This document shows positions 42,056 through 52,685 of a stretch of 64,000 nt of DNA, in pieces. The notes beneath the pieces were generated by a model. The model had not been told where the DNA came from, ran no database searches, and worked only from the letters and a program-made list of their open reading frames with translations. The translations under genes and the position numbers were made by a program. Numbering within the stretch: the first letter of the stretch is position 1; every line of letters begins with the position of its first letter. The DNA is taken from positions 2,720,001-2,784,000 of the forward strand of contig OZ240245.1 of assembly GCA_965198175.1 (NCBI GenBank), given 5' to 3'. The stretch is from Candidatus Poribacteria bacterium. GTDB lineage: Bacteria; Poribacteria; WGA-4E; PCPOR2b.

Positions 42056-43990
42056 TCACTGAGGCAATTGCGGGTGCCACCCCATGTGATAAGTTGTAAT
42101 CTTGAACACTGCGCTGATGACACTCCAAATGCCGCCCATAGCGTAGTCACCCACTATCAAGCCCGCAAAAAACGGGATGGCTCTGCGATACGCCTTCAAC
42201 CCACCATACCGGAGGATAGCGAACTTGATCGCCCAACTAATCAGCAGTGGACACCAAATATAGACCATCTCCCCCGGACTTATCGCAAGCACATAACCTA
42301 CCGGATGAAACGGCCACCACAGAAACCGCATCTTCATAGCTAACAGAAAGCCGGTGACACCAAAACCAAACCCCATGAAGCCCATCGTCACGTAATCTTG
42401 CCCCGTTGGATAACTTAGCCACATTTGGAGACGTCGGGCAAAACCTTCCCTTCCTATCCCGACGATCCACGGTCCCGTGTTATCAGCACCCAGATTATAC
42501 AAAAGGCTGAGGTATATCAGAAAGCTCAGCGGTATGCCAACGGCAAGGGTGACAAGCATCACCCATAAGAGCCGCCGATTATTGATGTTGGCTTGTTCGC
42601 CAATCCGAAAAGCTTCGAGCTGATTCGGCATCGGATGATTGGGCTGATCTCGATTCAGCCAATAAAAGAACGTCAGAACCGTCAAGTTTCGTGCCCCATA
42701 CGCCCGCGGTCCAATTGCTGTCACCATCGTCCGTCCGGGATCTAGTTGTAGTATCTCATGAAAACCCAGTCCAAGGCCAGCCCTCACTTTGGTCACACCA
42801 ATAGCGCTGCAAAAGTATATCGCAAAGAACAGCAGCAGAACCCAAACGGAAAAACCGGCTTTATAAGCAAACCAGAGAAGAAACAGCAGACCGGCCGCGA
42901 TGCCCCAAAAAGCGGTCCGATAACGCATCGGCTCTTGGGCGTCATCTATCCCTCTCTTTCCCGTTACAGCTTGGCTGAAGACCTGCTTGAGATGTCTGCG
43001 TCCGACCCACAACGCCAAAAACCCCAATCCGATCCACGCACCTTGTGCCTGTTCATGGAAATAGAGATCGCGCCAGCCCATCATGCCCATCAACATTCGC
43101 ATCATTTTTTGCAAGAGATAGAAGAACCAGGCGGAAAAGGCGAGGTCCAGCGGCATGAAATAGGAAAGACCGATGAAAAACAACTGGAAGGAAACCAATG
43201 TCCCGCCCATGTGACTCCAAGGCTTATCTGGGAATTCAATCCGTGTCCACCCGACAGGAATAGAAGGAACGACAGGATAGAAAACATTCAAACCATTGAG
43301 CAGACTCACGCCAGCTGCAATGCCAAATCCTACCCACATTAACCTATTCTTTAAGAAAGCAGATGAGTCCCGTCCCATCTCCAGCGGTAGCCAGGTAATC
43401 GGATACGTAAGTCTTTCATGCTCTGTGAATTGCTTTCGGATAATAGTGTTGATGCAAAAGAGGACAAAGCAAAGGACGAACGTAAAAGCTGACCAATAGA
43501 GCAGCGGGCCAAGCCAAGCTTTGATGTAAGGTTGGGTGAAGAAGGAAGTCTCGCCAAGAAAAAAGCCACTAAGAACATCTTCGTCCTTGACTGTAAACCA
43601 AGGGGGGATATGTCGCCAGAATAAATCCCTCCAGTCATTTTCCGGTGTGGCGAACCAGAAGGGGTGGGATAGCATCGAAATCAACCTGTTAGTTCGCTTT
43701 CCGGAAATGGTCGTCACGATGACGACCATCGCATAGATAACCAACAGGTCAGAGTCCCTGAGCGCAGATCTCGGAAAATATCTCTTCAAAAGGAGGTTGA
43801 AGAGAATCACCACAAACAAGGTAAAAACAGCATTGCTAAAGAGCGACATGTAGTTATGGGACAAGCCCCTTACGAGGTCATTGACAGAAATCCAATAGGC
43901 GTTGACGATAACCAAGATGAGTCCAATGACCAATACTCTCGGGGGAATCCCACTTGCCCGCTCGTTTTCGATCGGGGCGAATTGATTCAC
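42056..43990 (-). CDS. DUF6785/DUF6784-like (OPT-related) polytopic membrane protein
   Basis: Many TMs; ATPENDW, ERLTYPI, WWPFHPVGY, YGG..AYRR..PFF.GL..GD. Confidence 0.8.
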   Translation of the reverse strand: MNQFAPIENERASGIPPRVLVIGLILVIVNAYWISVNDLVRGLSHNYMSLFSNAVFTLFVVILFNLLLKRYFPRSALRDSDLLVIYAMVVIVTTISGKRTNRLISMLSHPFWFATPENDWRDLFWRHIPPWFTVKDEDVLSGFFLGETSFFTQPYIKAWLGPLLYWSAFTFVLCFVLFCINTIIRKQFTEHERLTYPITWLPLEMGRDSSAFLKNRLMWVGFGIAAGVSLLNGLNVFYPVVPSIPVGWTRIEFPDKPWSHMGGTLVSFQLFFIGLSYFMPLDLAFSAWFFYLLQKMMRMLMGMMGWRDLYFHEQAQGAWIGLGFLALWVGRRHLKQVFSQAVTGKRGIDDAQEPMRYRTAFWGIAAGLLFLLWFAYKAGFSVWVLLLFFAIYFCSAIGVTKVRAGLGLGFHEILQLDPGRTMVTAIGPRAYGARNLTVLTFFYWLNRDQPNHPMPNQLEAFRIGEQANINNRRLLWVMLVTLAVGIPLSFLIYLSLLYNLGADNTGPWIVGIGREGFARRLQMWLSYPTGQDYVTMGFMGFGFGVTGFLLAMKMRFLWWPFHPVGYVLAISPGEMVYIWCPLLISWAIKFAILRYGGLKAYRRAIPFFAGLIVGDYAMGGIWSVISAVFKITTYHMGWHPQLPQ

Positions 43991-44182
43991 GATAATTCCT
44001 CGCTGGTGATTGGTAGTGGTGATTCGCCGAGTCACTCCTTCTCAATAGAGTTCAAGCAATTTGTGCATAGCAGGGAGATAGAAACCTGGAGCAAGAGATC
44101 GCAGATGCTCCGCTGCCCCAATCCTCATGTGTCTTGTCAATTTTCCTCTGTCTGGGTGCTTATTTCTCAAGATGGTGAGCGA

Positions 44183-44935
44183 TTATGAATTTTCATAAAG
44201 GCCAGCGCGGCTTTTACCGAGACGTCCGGGGCACAATGCCCGCATTTCGGGGGGCATTCGCTCGTAAGTCTCGGGCCAGATGGGTTGGTGACCGTCCACC
44301 ATCCAGTTATTAAACCAGCGCGGGTAGTAGCCCATGTTCAGTCCAACGCGAATCTGATTGGTTTGATTGGCGCGCGCAGTATGATAAAGCCCCGAATGCC
44401 ACATCAAGACGGAACCCGCCCGACCCGTCGCCGGTTTCACCTGCGGATGGTCCGGTCCCATCCCTTCCGGTGGTCCATTTCGGCGTGAGAAATGGCTCAT
44501 CGGCACCACACCTGTGGCGCCGTTCTCGACTGTGAAGTCGGTGAGCATCCAAATCGTGTTAATCAACCACGGAACATTCGGGACTTCAAGGAAAAAGCCG
44601 GCAGAATCCACATGAAGGGATTGGTCCGGAGCGCCGGGATAGGTCACCTTTGAGCAACCTCCGGAAACGATGCGGATGCGTTCACCCAGGAAATATCGAG
44701 CGACTGCCAGCACATCCGGGTGTGTCGCACACGTCCATGCTGTGTCATCGAGATTTAGTATTCCAAACACCGTTTGGTAGTGGCTGTGACCGGAATTTAA
44801 CGATCTGTCTGCCGGGTCGACGTGCAGTTCCAAATATTTCTTTGCCATGCGTTCGGCTTGCTCTGCGGGAATGCGGTCTTCAAGCACGCAGTAACCATAG
44901 GTCGCAAGATGATGGATAGCTTCTTCAATGGACAT
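44183..44935 (-). CDS. Phytanoyl-CoA dioxygenase (PhyH) family
   Basis: GYCVLE, LHVD, WMLTDFTVENGAT.VVP.SH, H..RAN. Confidence 0.9.
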   Translation of the reverse strand: MSIEEAIHHLATYGYCVLEDRIPAEQAERMAKKYLELHVDPADRSLNSGHSHYQTVFGILNLDDTAWTCATHPDVLAVARYFLGERIRIVSGGCSKVTYPGAPDQSLHVDSAGFFLEVPNVPWLINTIWMLTDFTVENGATGVVPMSHFSRRNGPPEGMGPDHPQVKPATGRAGSVLMWHSGLYHTARANQTNQIRVGLNMGYYPRWFNNWMVDGHQPIWPETYERMPPEMRALCPGRLGKSRAGLYENS

Positions 44936-44996
44936 CGGTGACCTCCTTAATCTGACGGTTAATTTGCAGTCTGAAAGATGCTCTGAATTCAACCTT

Positions 44997-45854
44997 TCAG
45001 AGATTTTGTTTCGAGGCGAGGATGCGGTCAATGAAAGACTTGCTGTCAGCAAGCACCTTCCGGCAGTCGCTTTCATAGCCCCAGGCGAAGCCCTCGTACT
45101 CGACCGAGATATAACCGTCATAGCCGTCAGCGGCTATCGCACCCAACAGTCCGTCGAAATCAACCTCCCCTTCCCCCAGTGGCGGGAACTCAAAATCCTC
45201 CGGGTCCCCCTTAGCGTCCTTGGTGTGCACATGCACCACGTGATGGCTCAACGCCTCGTACGCCTTAACTGCAGAATCACCTCTGAGGTGGTAATGGCTC
45301 GGGTCAAATACGATTCTCAGTGCCTCCAACCCCTCACAACTCAGCAGATGCTTCACCCGTCTTACATTGTGCACGAAGCGACCGTAAGGACCTGCCGCTT
45401 CGAAGGCTAGCGTCACCCCCAGTTGGTTAGCCCGGGACAGCAGTGCACGCAGCGCAGCCAGCAGCCACTCCCAATACTGACTCTCCCGTCCATAGAATTT
45501 TTTCGAGCCGCCGCCAGTAATCACGTACGTTGCGCCAAGATCCGCAGCCAACTCCACCGCCTCCATTACGAATTTCAGGTTTGCCTTTCTCGTCTCCGGC
45601 ACACTGTGGATGAGGTTCGTGGTGGCGTTCAATGCCAAGATGGCTACACCGGCTTGCTCGGCATGTTTTCGCACCTGCCGGCGCGTGCTCGCATCCGCCT
45701 CCGGACTCATATGTGGCTGTGGGACCGGCAGGATGGGCCGCCCTTTCTCAAGGCTAATGTCGATCGCCTGATAGCCTTGCGCTGCGAGCACATCAATAGC
45801 CTGCTCCACGCTGAACATGTGTAGCATTCCTGAATCGCAACTTAGACCCTTCAT
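44997..45854 (-). CDS. Sugar phosphate isomerase/epimerase, paralog of 39519-40370
   Basis: Same motifs and closely similar along its length. Confidence 0.9.
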   Translation of the reverse strand: MKGLSCDSGMLHMFSVEQAIDVLAAQGYQAIDISLEKGRPILPVPQPHMSPEADASTRRQVRKHAEQAGVAILALNATTNLIHSVPETRKANLKFVMEAVELAADLGATYVITGGGSKKFYGRESQYWEWLLAALRALLSRANQLGVTLAFEAAGPYGRFVHNVRRVKHLLSCEGLEALRIVFDPSHYHLRGDSAVKAYEALSHHVVHVHTKDAKGDPEDFEFPPLGEGEVDFDGLLGAIAADGYDGYISVEYEGFAWGYESDCRKVLADSKSFIDRILASKQNL

Positions 45855-45934
45855 CTACAGTGCCTTTTTCGTACGACGTTGCCCACAGCCGCTTGTTTGG
45901 AGCAACTGCGGTTGAGTCCTGTGAGGGAGACTTT

Positions 45935-46762
45935 TCAACGAAGCCCCTCCGCCTTAAGGTTTGCCCATGTTGTGGAAAGCTTATTATGGGGGTGAACCGA
46001 CAGGAAACCACCCAAACCGCCTTGGAAGTGACTGAGAATCTCCTCTTGGTTCAAGGGTCTTTTAACAATGAGGATTTCATCAAGGAGACCGCTGAAGAAA
46101 AACGGGCCTTCTGACCATCCAATGGTGAAGTCGTGGTCGATCGTTTTGGGCATCGGCGTCGGATCCGTGTTATCATCGAACTCTCCAAACGGCTCGCCAT
46201 CCAGGTAATAGGCGTACTTATTACCCACCCTGACGAGGACTACCTGATGCCACTCGTTTAACTTGGTAGCCCACTCGTCAGAGTTAATCCAGGCGCTTCC
46301 GGCTTTACCGCAAAAGCAATTTTTGATATTGATATGCAGGTGCATCGCGCCGCCGGTATACAACCAAATCCACTTGTCTGTACCTCCGGGACCTTCATCA
46401 TGCCCCATCATCGAAAACCCCTTCAACCCCCTGCCGCCCTTCGGTGGGGCTGTTACAAAGTTCAACCATATCGCCATCGTGAAGTCGGTCCGAAACAGGA
46501 TGAGACTGTCATGATTTTTAATCTCCACATGCTGATTGGATCCATTCAGGCTGAGGGCTTTTCCAAACTTGCCTTCTGTCCTTCTAGCACCCGCTTTTAG
46601 AGTGCCGTCGTTTCCATTAGGAGACAGGTCCCTGGCGCCCGCTTCGTCAAATGAAATGGCAAGGACAACGTCTTGGTCAACAGACGCGGCTTCTCTAGAA
46701 GAGAAAGCCAGCGCCAAACCGGCGATACATAGGACAGAAATCACAGTTCTCATTGTTCTCAT
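45935..46762 (-). CDS. Secreted LamG-like jellyroll protein
   Basis: Signal peptide, GKFGKALSLNG, WHQV, FSGLLDE; C-terminal VHPHNKLSTTWANLK. Confidence 0.88.
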   Translation of the reverse strand: MRTMRTVISVLCIAGLALAFSSREAASVDQDVVLAISFDEAGARDLSPNGNDGTLKAGARRTEGKFGKALSLNGSNQHVEIKNHDSLILFRTDFTMAIWLNFVTAPPKGGRGLKGFSMMGHDEGPGGTDKWIWLYTGGAMHLHINIKNCFCGKAGSAWINSDEWATKLNEWHQVVLVRVGNKYAYYLDGEPFGEFDDNTDPTPMPKTIDHDFTIGWSEGPFFFSGLLDEILIVKRPLNQEEILSHFQGGLGGFLSVHPHNKLSTTWANLKAEGLR

Positions 46763-46847
46763 TTTTTTCTCCTTTCCGTTATGGGTGTTTGGTCGGAAGG
46801 ATGACCCAATAAAGTTCAGTAACAGATCTTGCAATCCCCTTTCCAAT

Positions 46848-47687
46848 CTAACCGCGTCTTGGCGGCGCAGACGGAAATCCGTATGGCTTGTAGTTGGCTC
46901 CCCGACTATGACGCAACGGCCACGCTTGGCCGCCTACCCAGTGATACTGCTTTGCTTTCCCACATAACCAGTAGAACATCTGAGCGCTTTGCAGCCGATC
47001 CTGACCGTAGTTCGCTGAGTCGAAGTTAAAATCCGGCTCACGGATCCAATCCCGCTCTGGAGGAACGGTCCGCCAGTAGTTGTACTTCAACATATGACGC
47101 ATCCCTTCCGCAGTAGAAGCAGCGCGACGGTGCCAAATCGAATAGACGGTGACGAAGATAGACCCCGCAGGCGCAGTCGTTTTGAACGCACCGCGGATGC
47201 TGCCGTAGTGTCCTATTTGACGCGCATAAGAAAGATGTGACCCCGGCAGTATCTCGGTCGGCCCCAACTCCGTCGGTGTATTTTGAGGGTAATAGAACAC
47301 CTGCAGGGAAGTCAGTTCAGGACCGAATTTTGAGCTGGCATCGCGATGCCAGCCCTGCGCCGAAGTCGGACACTTGACCCGATGCTGGCTCATGAGAATC
47401 GGCAGGCCGAAGTCCGCCCCGAGCAACGATCGCATTGCACCCGCCGCCTGCGTGTTGAGAATCACAGCCTCAACGAACCAATCTTCTCTGAGGATTTCGG
47501 TCGGTTCGTAATAGGTGTTTTGTTCGAGATACTCCAATGTCCTGCGATTTATCTCGTCCGGAACAACACCCTCCAGCAAGAGAAACCCTTGTCTGCAAAA
47601 CTCCAGGACCTGATTGTCTGTCAGGGTGGGCTTGCAGTCATACGTTTTCTGCTCTATGTTGTACCGTTCTTCATCTGTCAGCTCCAT
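46848..47687 (-). CDS. PhyH-family dioxygenase
   Basis: GFLLLEGVV, WHRD, GPTEILPGSH, WHR. Confidence 0.88.
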   Translation of the reverse strand: MELTDEERYNIEQKTYDCKPTLTDNQVLEFCRQGFLLLEGVVPDEINRRTLEYLEQNTYYEPTEILREDWFVEAVILNTQAAGAMRSLLGADFGLPILMSQHRVKCPTSAQGWHRDASSKFGPELTSLQVFYYPQNTPTELGPTEILPGSHLSYARQIGHYGSIRGAFKTTAPAGSIFVTVYSIWHRRAASTAEGMRHMLKYNYWRTVPPERDWIREPDFNFDSANYGQDRLQSAQMFYWLCGKAKQYHWVGGQAWPLRHSRGANYKPYGFPSAPPRRG

Positions 47688-47908
47688 TACTCGAGTCTCC
47701 TAAAAAATCACGGTTTTTCTGGACATATTACCCTCTTGGTAAGGGGTAAGCTGACCTTGGATAATTTATTAAATTACCTCACACCATGGATAACAAGTAG
47801 ATATAAAAAATCGTTCTGCGGAATCATCACCGCGTTAAGAGATTCTTTACGCTCGCTCAGGATGACGCGCAGCAACCTGTTCTCATCAGTAACGGAACGC
47901 TTGCGTGC

Positions 47909-48733
47909 TCAGACGTAACTAGCGTAAACCCGAATCACCGTTGCCAAATTGAAATGCACAAGTGCTGCCGTTGTCGCTCGACGGAACGCGAAAACCACGC
48001 CGCCCTTTGAACTCACCCGCCTCGGTTTGCCGAAATAGATTTGGCTGAAGCCATGTTTGCGGAGGAGTCGCGGCAATGTCCGGGCCGAGAAATAGTAGAG
48101 ATGGTCACTCGGATGCATGTAAGGCCACGCTGCTTTTTGGAGGCGGCTCTGTAGACTACCACCATTTGGGACTTCGATGACCAGTTTCCCCGTTTTCGGT
48201 TTCAGAAGCCACCGCAATTGCCCGACAAACGCATTCGGTTCCGGGATATGTTCCAAAACGTGGTAGAGGGTAATCGCGTCAAAATACGCTGTCGGAAAAT
48301 TCGCATCAAAAACATCGCCGCAATGCACTCCGAGTTGATGAACACCCCGTGCAAAAGCGACGCCCTGCTTTGATGGGTCAATCCCGTGAGGTTGCCAGTG
48401 CTGGACCTGCGCCAGATGCAGAAACGTGCCGATTCCACATCCGACATCCAGCAATCGTCCTTTTGTCGGAAGTTGCTTATCAAGCTCTGCCAACCGCTCA
48501 GCTACCTGTAACCATTCCATGGGGTCGGCATGGATTCGTTCAATTTTGTCCGACGGATAGTACGTCTCTTCGTAGCTTTCTTCAAGGGTTGTACGACTTA
48601 TCCGCGGGTTCACATACCATAAGCGACAACGCTTGCATTCAACAACCGATAGCGAATCTTTATTAAAAAGGAGTGCACTCTCATCGCGCTCACAAATCGG
48701 GCAGTTGATGTGCTCCAGGTTATCTGTCTTCAT
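47909..48733 (-). CDS. Class I SAM methyltransferase with N-terminal Zn finger
   Basis: CPIC...CKRC, LLDVGCGIG, FDAITLYHVLEH, IEVPN. Confidence 0.9.
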   Translation of the reverse strand: MKTDNLEHINCPICERDESALLFNKDSLSVVECKRCRLWYVNPRISRTTLEESYEETYYPSDKIERIHADPMEWLQVAERLAELDKQLPTKGRLLDVGCGIGTFLHLAQVQHWQPHGIDPSKQGVAFARGVHQLGVHCGDVFDANFPTAYFDAITLYHVLEHIPEPNAFVGQLRWLLKPKTGKLVIEVPNGGSLQSRLQKAAWPYMHPSDHLYYFSARTLPRLLRKHGFSQIYFGKPRRVSSKGGVVFAFRRATTAALVHFNLATVIRVYASYV

Positions 48734-48892
48734 TCGCAACTCGTCTCCTGCCCTCAATTGTTACGAGACTACGTTGACATATTTCCAACGGAAGAGATTG
48801 ATCGCATTGTGTGGACAACTGATAATGGAAATTGAGGGCAGGTATGCCATAAGTCGAATCTCACCTCAGACCACACCTGCCTTAAGGAATCA

Positions 48893-49708
48893 TTAGCGGA
48901 ATAGACCGGCTTTGACGTTTGCCCAGATTGCGGTGAGCTTCCCAAGCGGCTCGACAGCCAAGAATCCCTCTATACCTCCGTCAAAGTGGCTACCAAGTTC
49001 CTCCTCGGTCAAAGCCCTTTTGACCATAAGAAACTCATCCAGGACACCGTTGAAGAAAAAGTTGCCTTCAGACCACCCGATTGTCAAGGGTGCAAGTTCG
49101 ACCAAAGAAATCTTCTCATTCGTAGCATCTGACTCTTCGCCAACCTTTTTTCCATCCACATAAAAAGCGTAGTCATGCCCTTCCACGACTACAGCGATTT
49201 GATACCATTGACCCTGATCACCAACAAAAGGCACTTTACCAAACCAGAGGGGGTCATGATCCTCAGAATTGATGTGGAACGTGAGCCCAGGTCTAGCGTT
49301 GTCATCGGGTCTATTGTAGAAGACCCATTTGGGTTTTTCGCCACCGCCCCCATTTTTAGCACAGAAGGCATCGAACTTTACACCTGAGTTTGCGAACTTC
49401 GCCCACATCACAATCGTAACGTTAGAATCAACGATGTCCAAGGCATCACCCTTACTCTCAACAACCACTTTGTCACCATCCCCATCAAAACTCAGCGCCT
49501 TTCTAAACTTTCCTTCTACCAGCTTGACGTCGCCCTCTAGCGTGCCCTTATGTTCAAGAGAAGATATGTCTTCCGCTTCTTCTGAGTCAAATGGCATGGC
49601 AAGGACCACGTCTTCGTCAACTGCCGCTTCTCCAATAACCACTGTGATACCAACCCATCCCGCCATCAGGACAAGGATGAGTGTTAAAGATACAGGTGCT
49701 CTTAACAT
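48893..49708 (-). CDS. Secreted LamG-like jellyroll protein
   Basis: Signal/TM, GKFRKALSFDG, FNGVLDE; C-terminal AVEPLGKLTAIWANVK. Confidence 0.88.
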   Translation of the reverse strand: MLRAPVSLTLILVLMAGWVGITVVIGEAAVDEDVVLAMPFDSEEAEDISSLEHKGTLEGDVKLVEGKFRKALSFDGDGDKVVVESKGDALDIVDSNVTIVMWAKFANSGVKFDAFCAKNGGGGEKPKWVFYNRPDDNARPGLTFHINSEDHDPLWFGKVPFVGDQGQWYQIAVVVEGHDYAFYVDGKKVGEESDATNEKISLVELAPLTIGWSEGNFFFNGVLDEFLMVKRALTEEELGSHFDGGIEGFLAVEPLGKLTAIWANVKAGLFR

Positions 49709-50526
49709 GGTTACAACCTCCTTTTTTTTCGTCTTCATGGCAATCGCTCCCCTTTTTGTTTGCCGATAAACATGAAAGGATTCCACGTCCATACGAATAG
49801 GATCCGCCCGAAGTCGCAAATCAAAAGTGATAGAATTGATTGAACGATAAGTGAATTGGTTGCTGTTTGAACAGATTCAAAACAACGAAAAATAGCAGTT
49901 AAGTACACTGCTCATGAGCAGGCGATTGGCAGGAAAAAATGGAAGGAAGTTCAGGTAAGTGGCTTACCAACCAAAGCTAGCTGTCATTCACGCCGCCCTT
50001 GGTTTACGTTGATTGGACAATTTCTGAACTAATTTTCTGATTGGAACTGCCGAGATTATAGCACAATTGCGAATAAAAGGCAAGCTATTAAGCAATCTGC
50101 TTTTTACTTGAACTTTGTATAGGTATAACATATAATTTGGAACTAAATTTAACGATTGATTATGTCATAAAACTGCATATTTTCAAGGTCAAGTTGTTAA
50201 TTATCCGCAGATTTATCCAAGGTCCAAATATAGTAGGGGGCATTCGATCGAAATCGGAAACACGATGCAGGAAACGCAGCAGAACTGATAATGTTAGGAC
50301 TTACGCAGTTCAGTTTGTAGTAGCGCAATTTATTGCGCGTCCGGCAGGTCGTTCACTTCCTTGACCTGACATATTGTTTTATGTAGAAACGGGCAATAAA
50401 GAGGGAACTCTATCGCCTTCGCTATTCGCTCAGTTGATCCCTACTACGAACCTTTGGACGTTCAACTGCGTAACTCCAAAATGTTTTATTTCAATCAGGT
50501 GTGACGTAAGAGATAGGAGGCAAGAC

Positions 50527-51321
50527 GTGGGCTTACTAGCGGGAAAAGTTGCTGTTGTGACAGGCGCCGGACGAGGAGTTGGCAGCGCGGTCGCGGTCGA
50601 ATTGGCTGAGGCGGGAGCGGCAGTTGCACTAGCTGCGCGTACCGTCGACGAAATCGAGAGCGTAGCAGAAGGAATCCGGGCGAGTGGGGGACGCACAATA
50701 GCGGTACCGACTGACGTAACCCGTCAATCAGAGGTTGATACCCTCTTCGCTCAAACTCGTGAAGAACTGGGGGAAGTAGATGTTCTTGTGAACAACGCTG
50801 CCATTATTGGTCCTACCGGCAAACTCTGGGAGACGAATCTAACGGATTGGCATGAAGTTTTTGACATCAACCTATTCAGTATGGTGCGTTGTACATCATC
50901 AGCCCTGCCTTCAATGGTTGAGCGCGGCTATGGCAAGATTATCAACGTCGGATCGACAGCTGGCTGGACGGATTCGTGGGTGCCAGGGAACGCAGAACAG
51001 GCGGCTTATGCAGCGACTAAAGCGGCAATTATGCGCTTCAGCGTCTGTCTAGCTGAACAGGTCAAAGCTGATGGCGTCAATGTGAATTGCGTTGGTGTAA
51101 GCGCGCACACGCGTATGAGTGATGAAGCACGTCTAGCGCTGGCGCGTGTGCGGGGTACTCCCCGACCGCCGACGATGGACGATCTTCCAATCGATCAGCA
51201 AGTGCTGCCAGAGAGAAATGCGCCGCTGTTTGTCTTTTTGGCTTCATCTCTGTCGGATAACATCACCGGACAGTACCTCGAAGCCAATCAGATGCCCCAC
51301 CGTGCAGCAAGACATAACTAG
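50527..51321 (+). CDS. SDR family oxidoreductase
   Basis: TGAGRGVG, NNA, YAATK; AGGAGG RBS before GTG. Confidence 0.92.
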   Translation: MGLLAGKVAVVTGAGRGVGSAVAVELAEAGAAVALAARTVDEIESVAEGIRASGGRTIAVPTDVTRQSEVDTLFAQTREELGEVDVLVNNAAIIGPTGKLWETNLTDWHEVFDINLFSMVRCTSSALPSMVERGYGKIINVGSTAGWTDSWVPGNAEQAAYAATKAAIMRFSVCLAEQVKADGVNVNCVGVSAHTRMSDEARLALARVRGTPRPPTMDDLPIDQQVLPERNAPLFVFLASSLSDNITGQYLEANQMPHRAARHN

Positions 51322-51361
51322 CATTCCGAAATATTATCTCAAAATCGTTAAAAGAGGGAAT

Positions 51362-52546
51362 ATGAAACAATCAACCATTCGCGTCGGCTTAGTTGGATCG
51401 GGTTTCATCGCTAAATTCCACAGCTTGGCTTATAACAATCTATCCACAATGTACAACTCTACGATGCCTGCTGTCGAGCAAATCAGACTCTTCGATGTGA
51501 CGAGCGAGCTCGCTACGGCTGGTGCTGCGCGGTTAGGTTGGCAGGGAGCGACCGACGACTGGCGAAATATTACACGCGCCGATGACATCGATCTTGTTGA
51601 TATTGTTGCGCCGAACTACGCGCATGCAGACATCGCCATTGATGCCGCAAGACACGGCAAGCATATATTCTGTGAAAAACCTCTTGCCCACGATGTTGAG
51701 TCAGCACGTCGCATGGTCGAAGCGGTTCGCCAGGGTGGATGTGTTCACCAAGTGGGGTTTGTATACCGCATGTGGCCCGCTGTCGTTTTTGCCAAAGAAC
51801 TCATCGACACCGGCAAAATCGGGCGGATACTTCACTTCCATTCACGATTCCTGCACGATTACGGACTAGATCCTTCCCTCCCGATGAGTTGGCGATTTGA
51901 ATCGCAGAAAGCCGGTGCTGGCAGCATCGGTGATATTGGATCGCACGCAATTGACATCGCTAGATATCTTGTTGGCGACATTGTCCGTGTATTCGCTCGA
52001 TCTCGCACATTTATACAAAAACGTCTAATTCCTCCACCGGGGCTAAGCAGTGCGTTTCGCCGCGGCGACAGTGAAGTCGCGGATTTATCTGAATCTCGCA
52101 CGGTGGATGTGGACGATGCTACTGACATGTTAGTCGAATTTGAAGATGGCACGGTAGGAAACCTTGAGACCAATTGGGCGGCGGCGGGCCACGAGAACGA
52201 ACTCAGCTTCGAGGTGAGCGGAGATCGAGGCGCCATAAAATTTAGTTGGCGTCACGCTAATGAATTATTATTTCATTCGGTGGACGATCCAGAGAATCTG
52301 AATGGTTTTCGCACAGTCATTATCGGACCTATGCATCCAGAAGCAGAACCCTTTGGACCAGTGCCGGGACTTGGCATGGGTTACGGAGATGCATTTTATG
52401 TTGCACTGCGAGAAATGGTTGAATCAATCTCCTGTAGTCGGACGGCAAGTCCAAATTTTCTAGATGGTTTGAGAGCCTGTGAGGTAGTGGACGCGGCGGT
52501 GCGTTCATCTGCTTCTGCAGCGTGGGAGGAGGTCTATCACAATTAA
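51362..52546 (+). CDS. Gfo/Idh/MocA oxidoreductase
   Basis: GSGFIA, HIFCEKPLA, GSIGDIGSH..D. Confidence 0.92.
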   Translation: MKQSTIRVGLVGSGFIAKFHSLAYNNLSTMYNSTMPAVEQIRLFDVTSELATAGAARLGWQGATDDWRNITRADDIDLVDIVAPNYAHADIAIDAARHGKHIFCEKPLAHDVESARRMVEAVRQGGCVHQVGFVYRMWPAVVFAKELIDTGKIGRILHFHSRFLHDYGLDPSLPMSWRFESQKAGAGSIGDIGSHAIDIARYLVGDIVRVFARSRTFIQKRLIPPPGLSSAFRRGDSEVADLSESRTVDVDDATDMLVEFEDGTVGNLETNWAAAGHENELSFEVSGDRGAIKFSWRHANELLFHSVDDPENLNGFRTVIIGPMHPEAEPFGPVPGLGMGYGDAFYVALREMVESISCSRTASPNFLDGLRACEVVDAAVRSSASAAWEEVYHN

Positions 52547-52685
52547 GAGGAGTGAAGCATTCTTCTACAAGCTATTATCTGAAGTCGCCCCGATGAGTTG
52601 TTTAGAGTTGAAATTTCAGAGGACAAAACGGCATCTCAACCAATCAATCCCCCTAATCACCATATTCAGAAAGGATGAGTCATAA

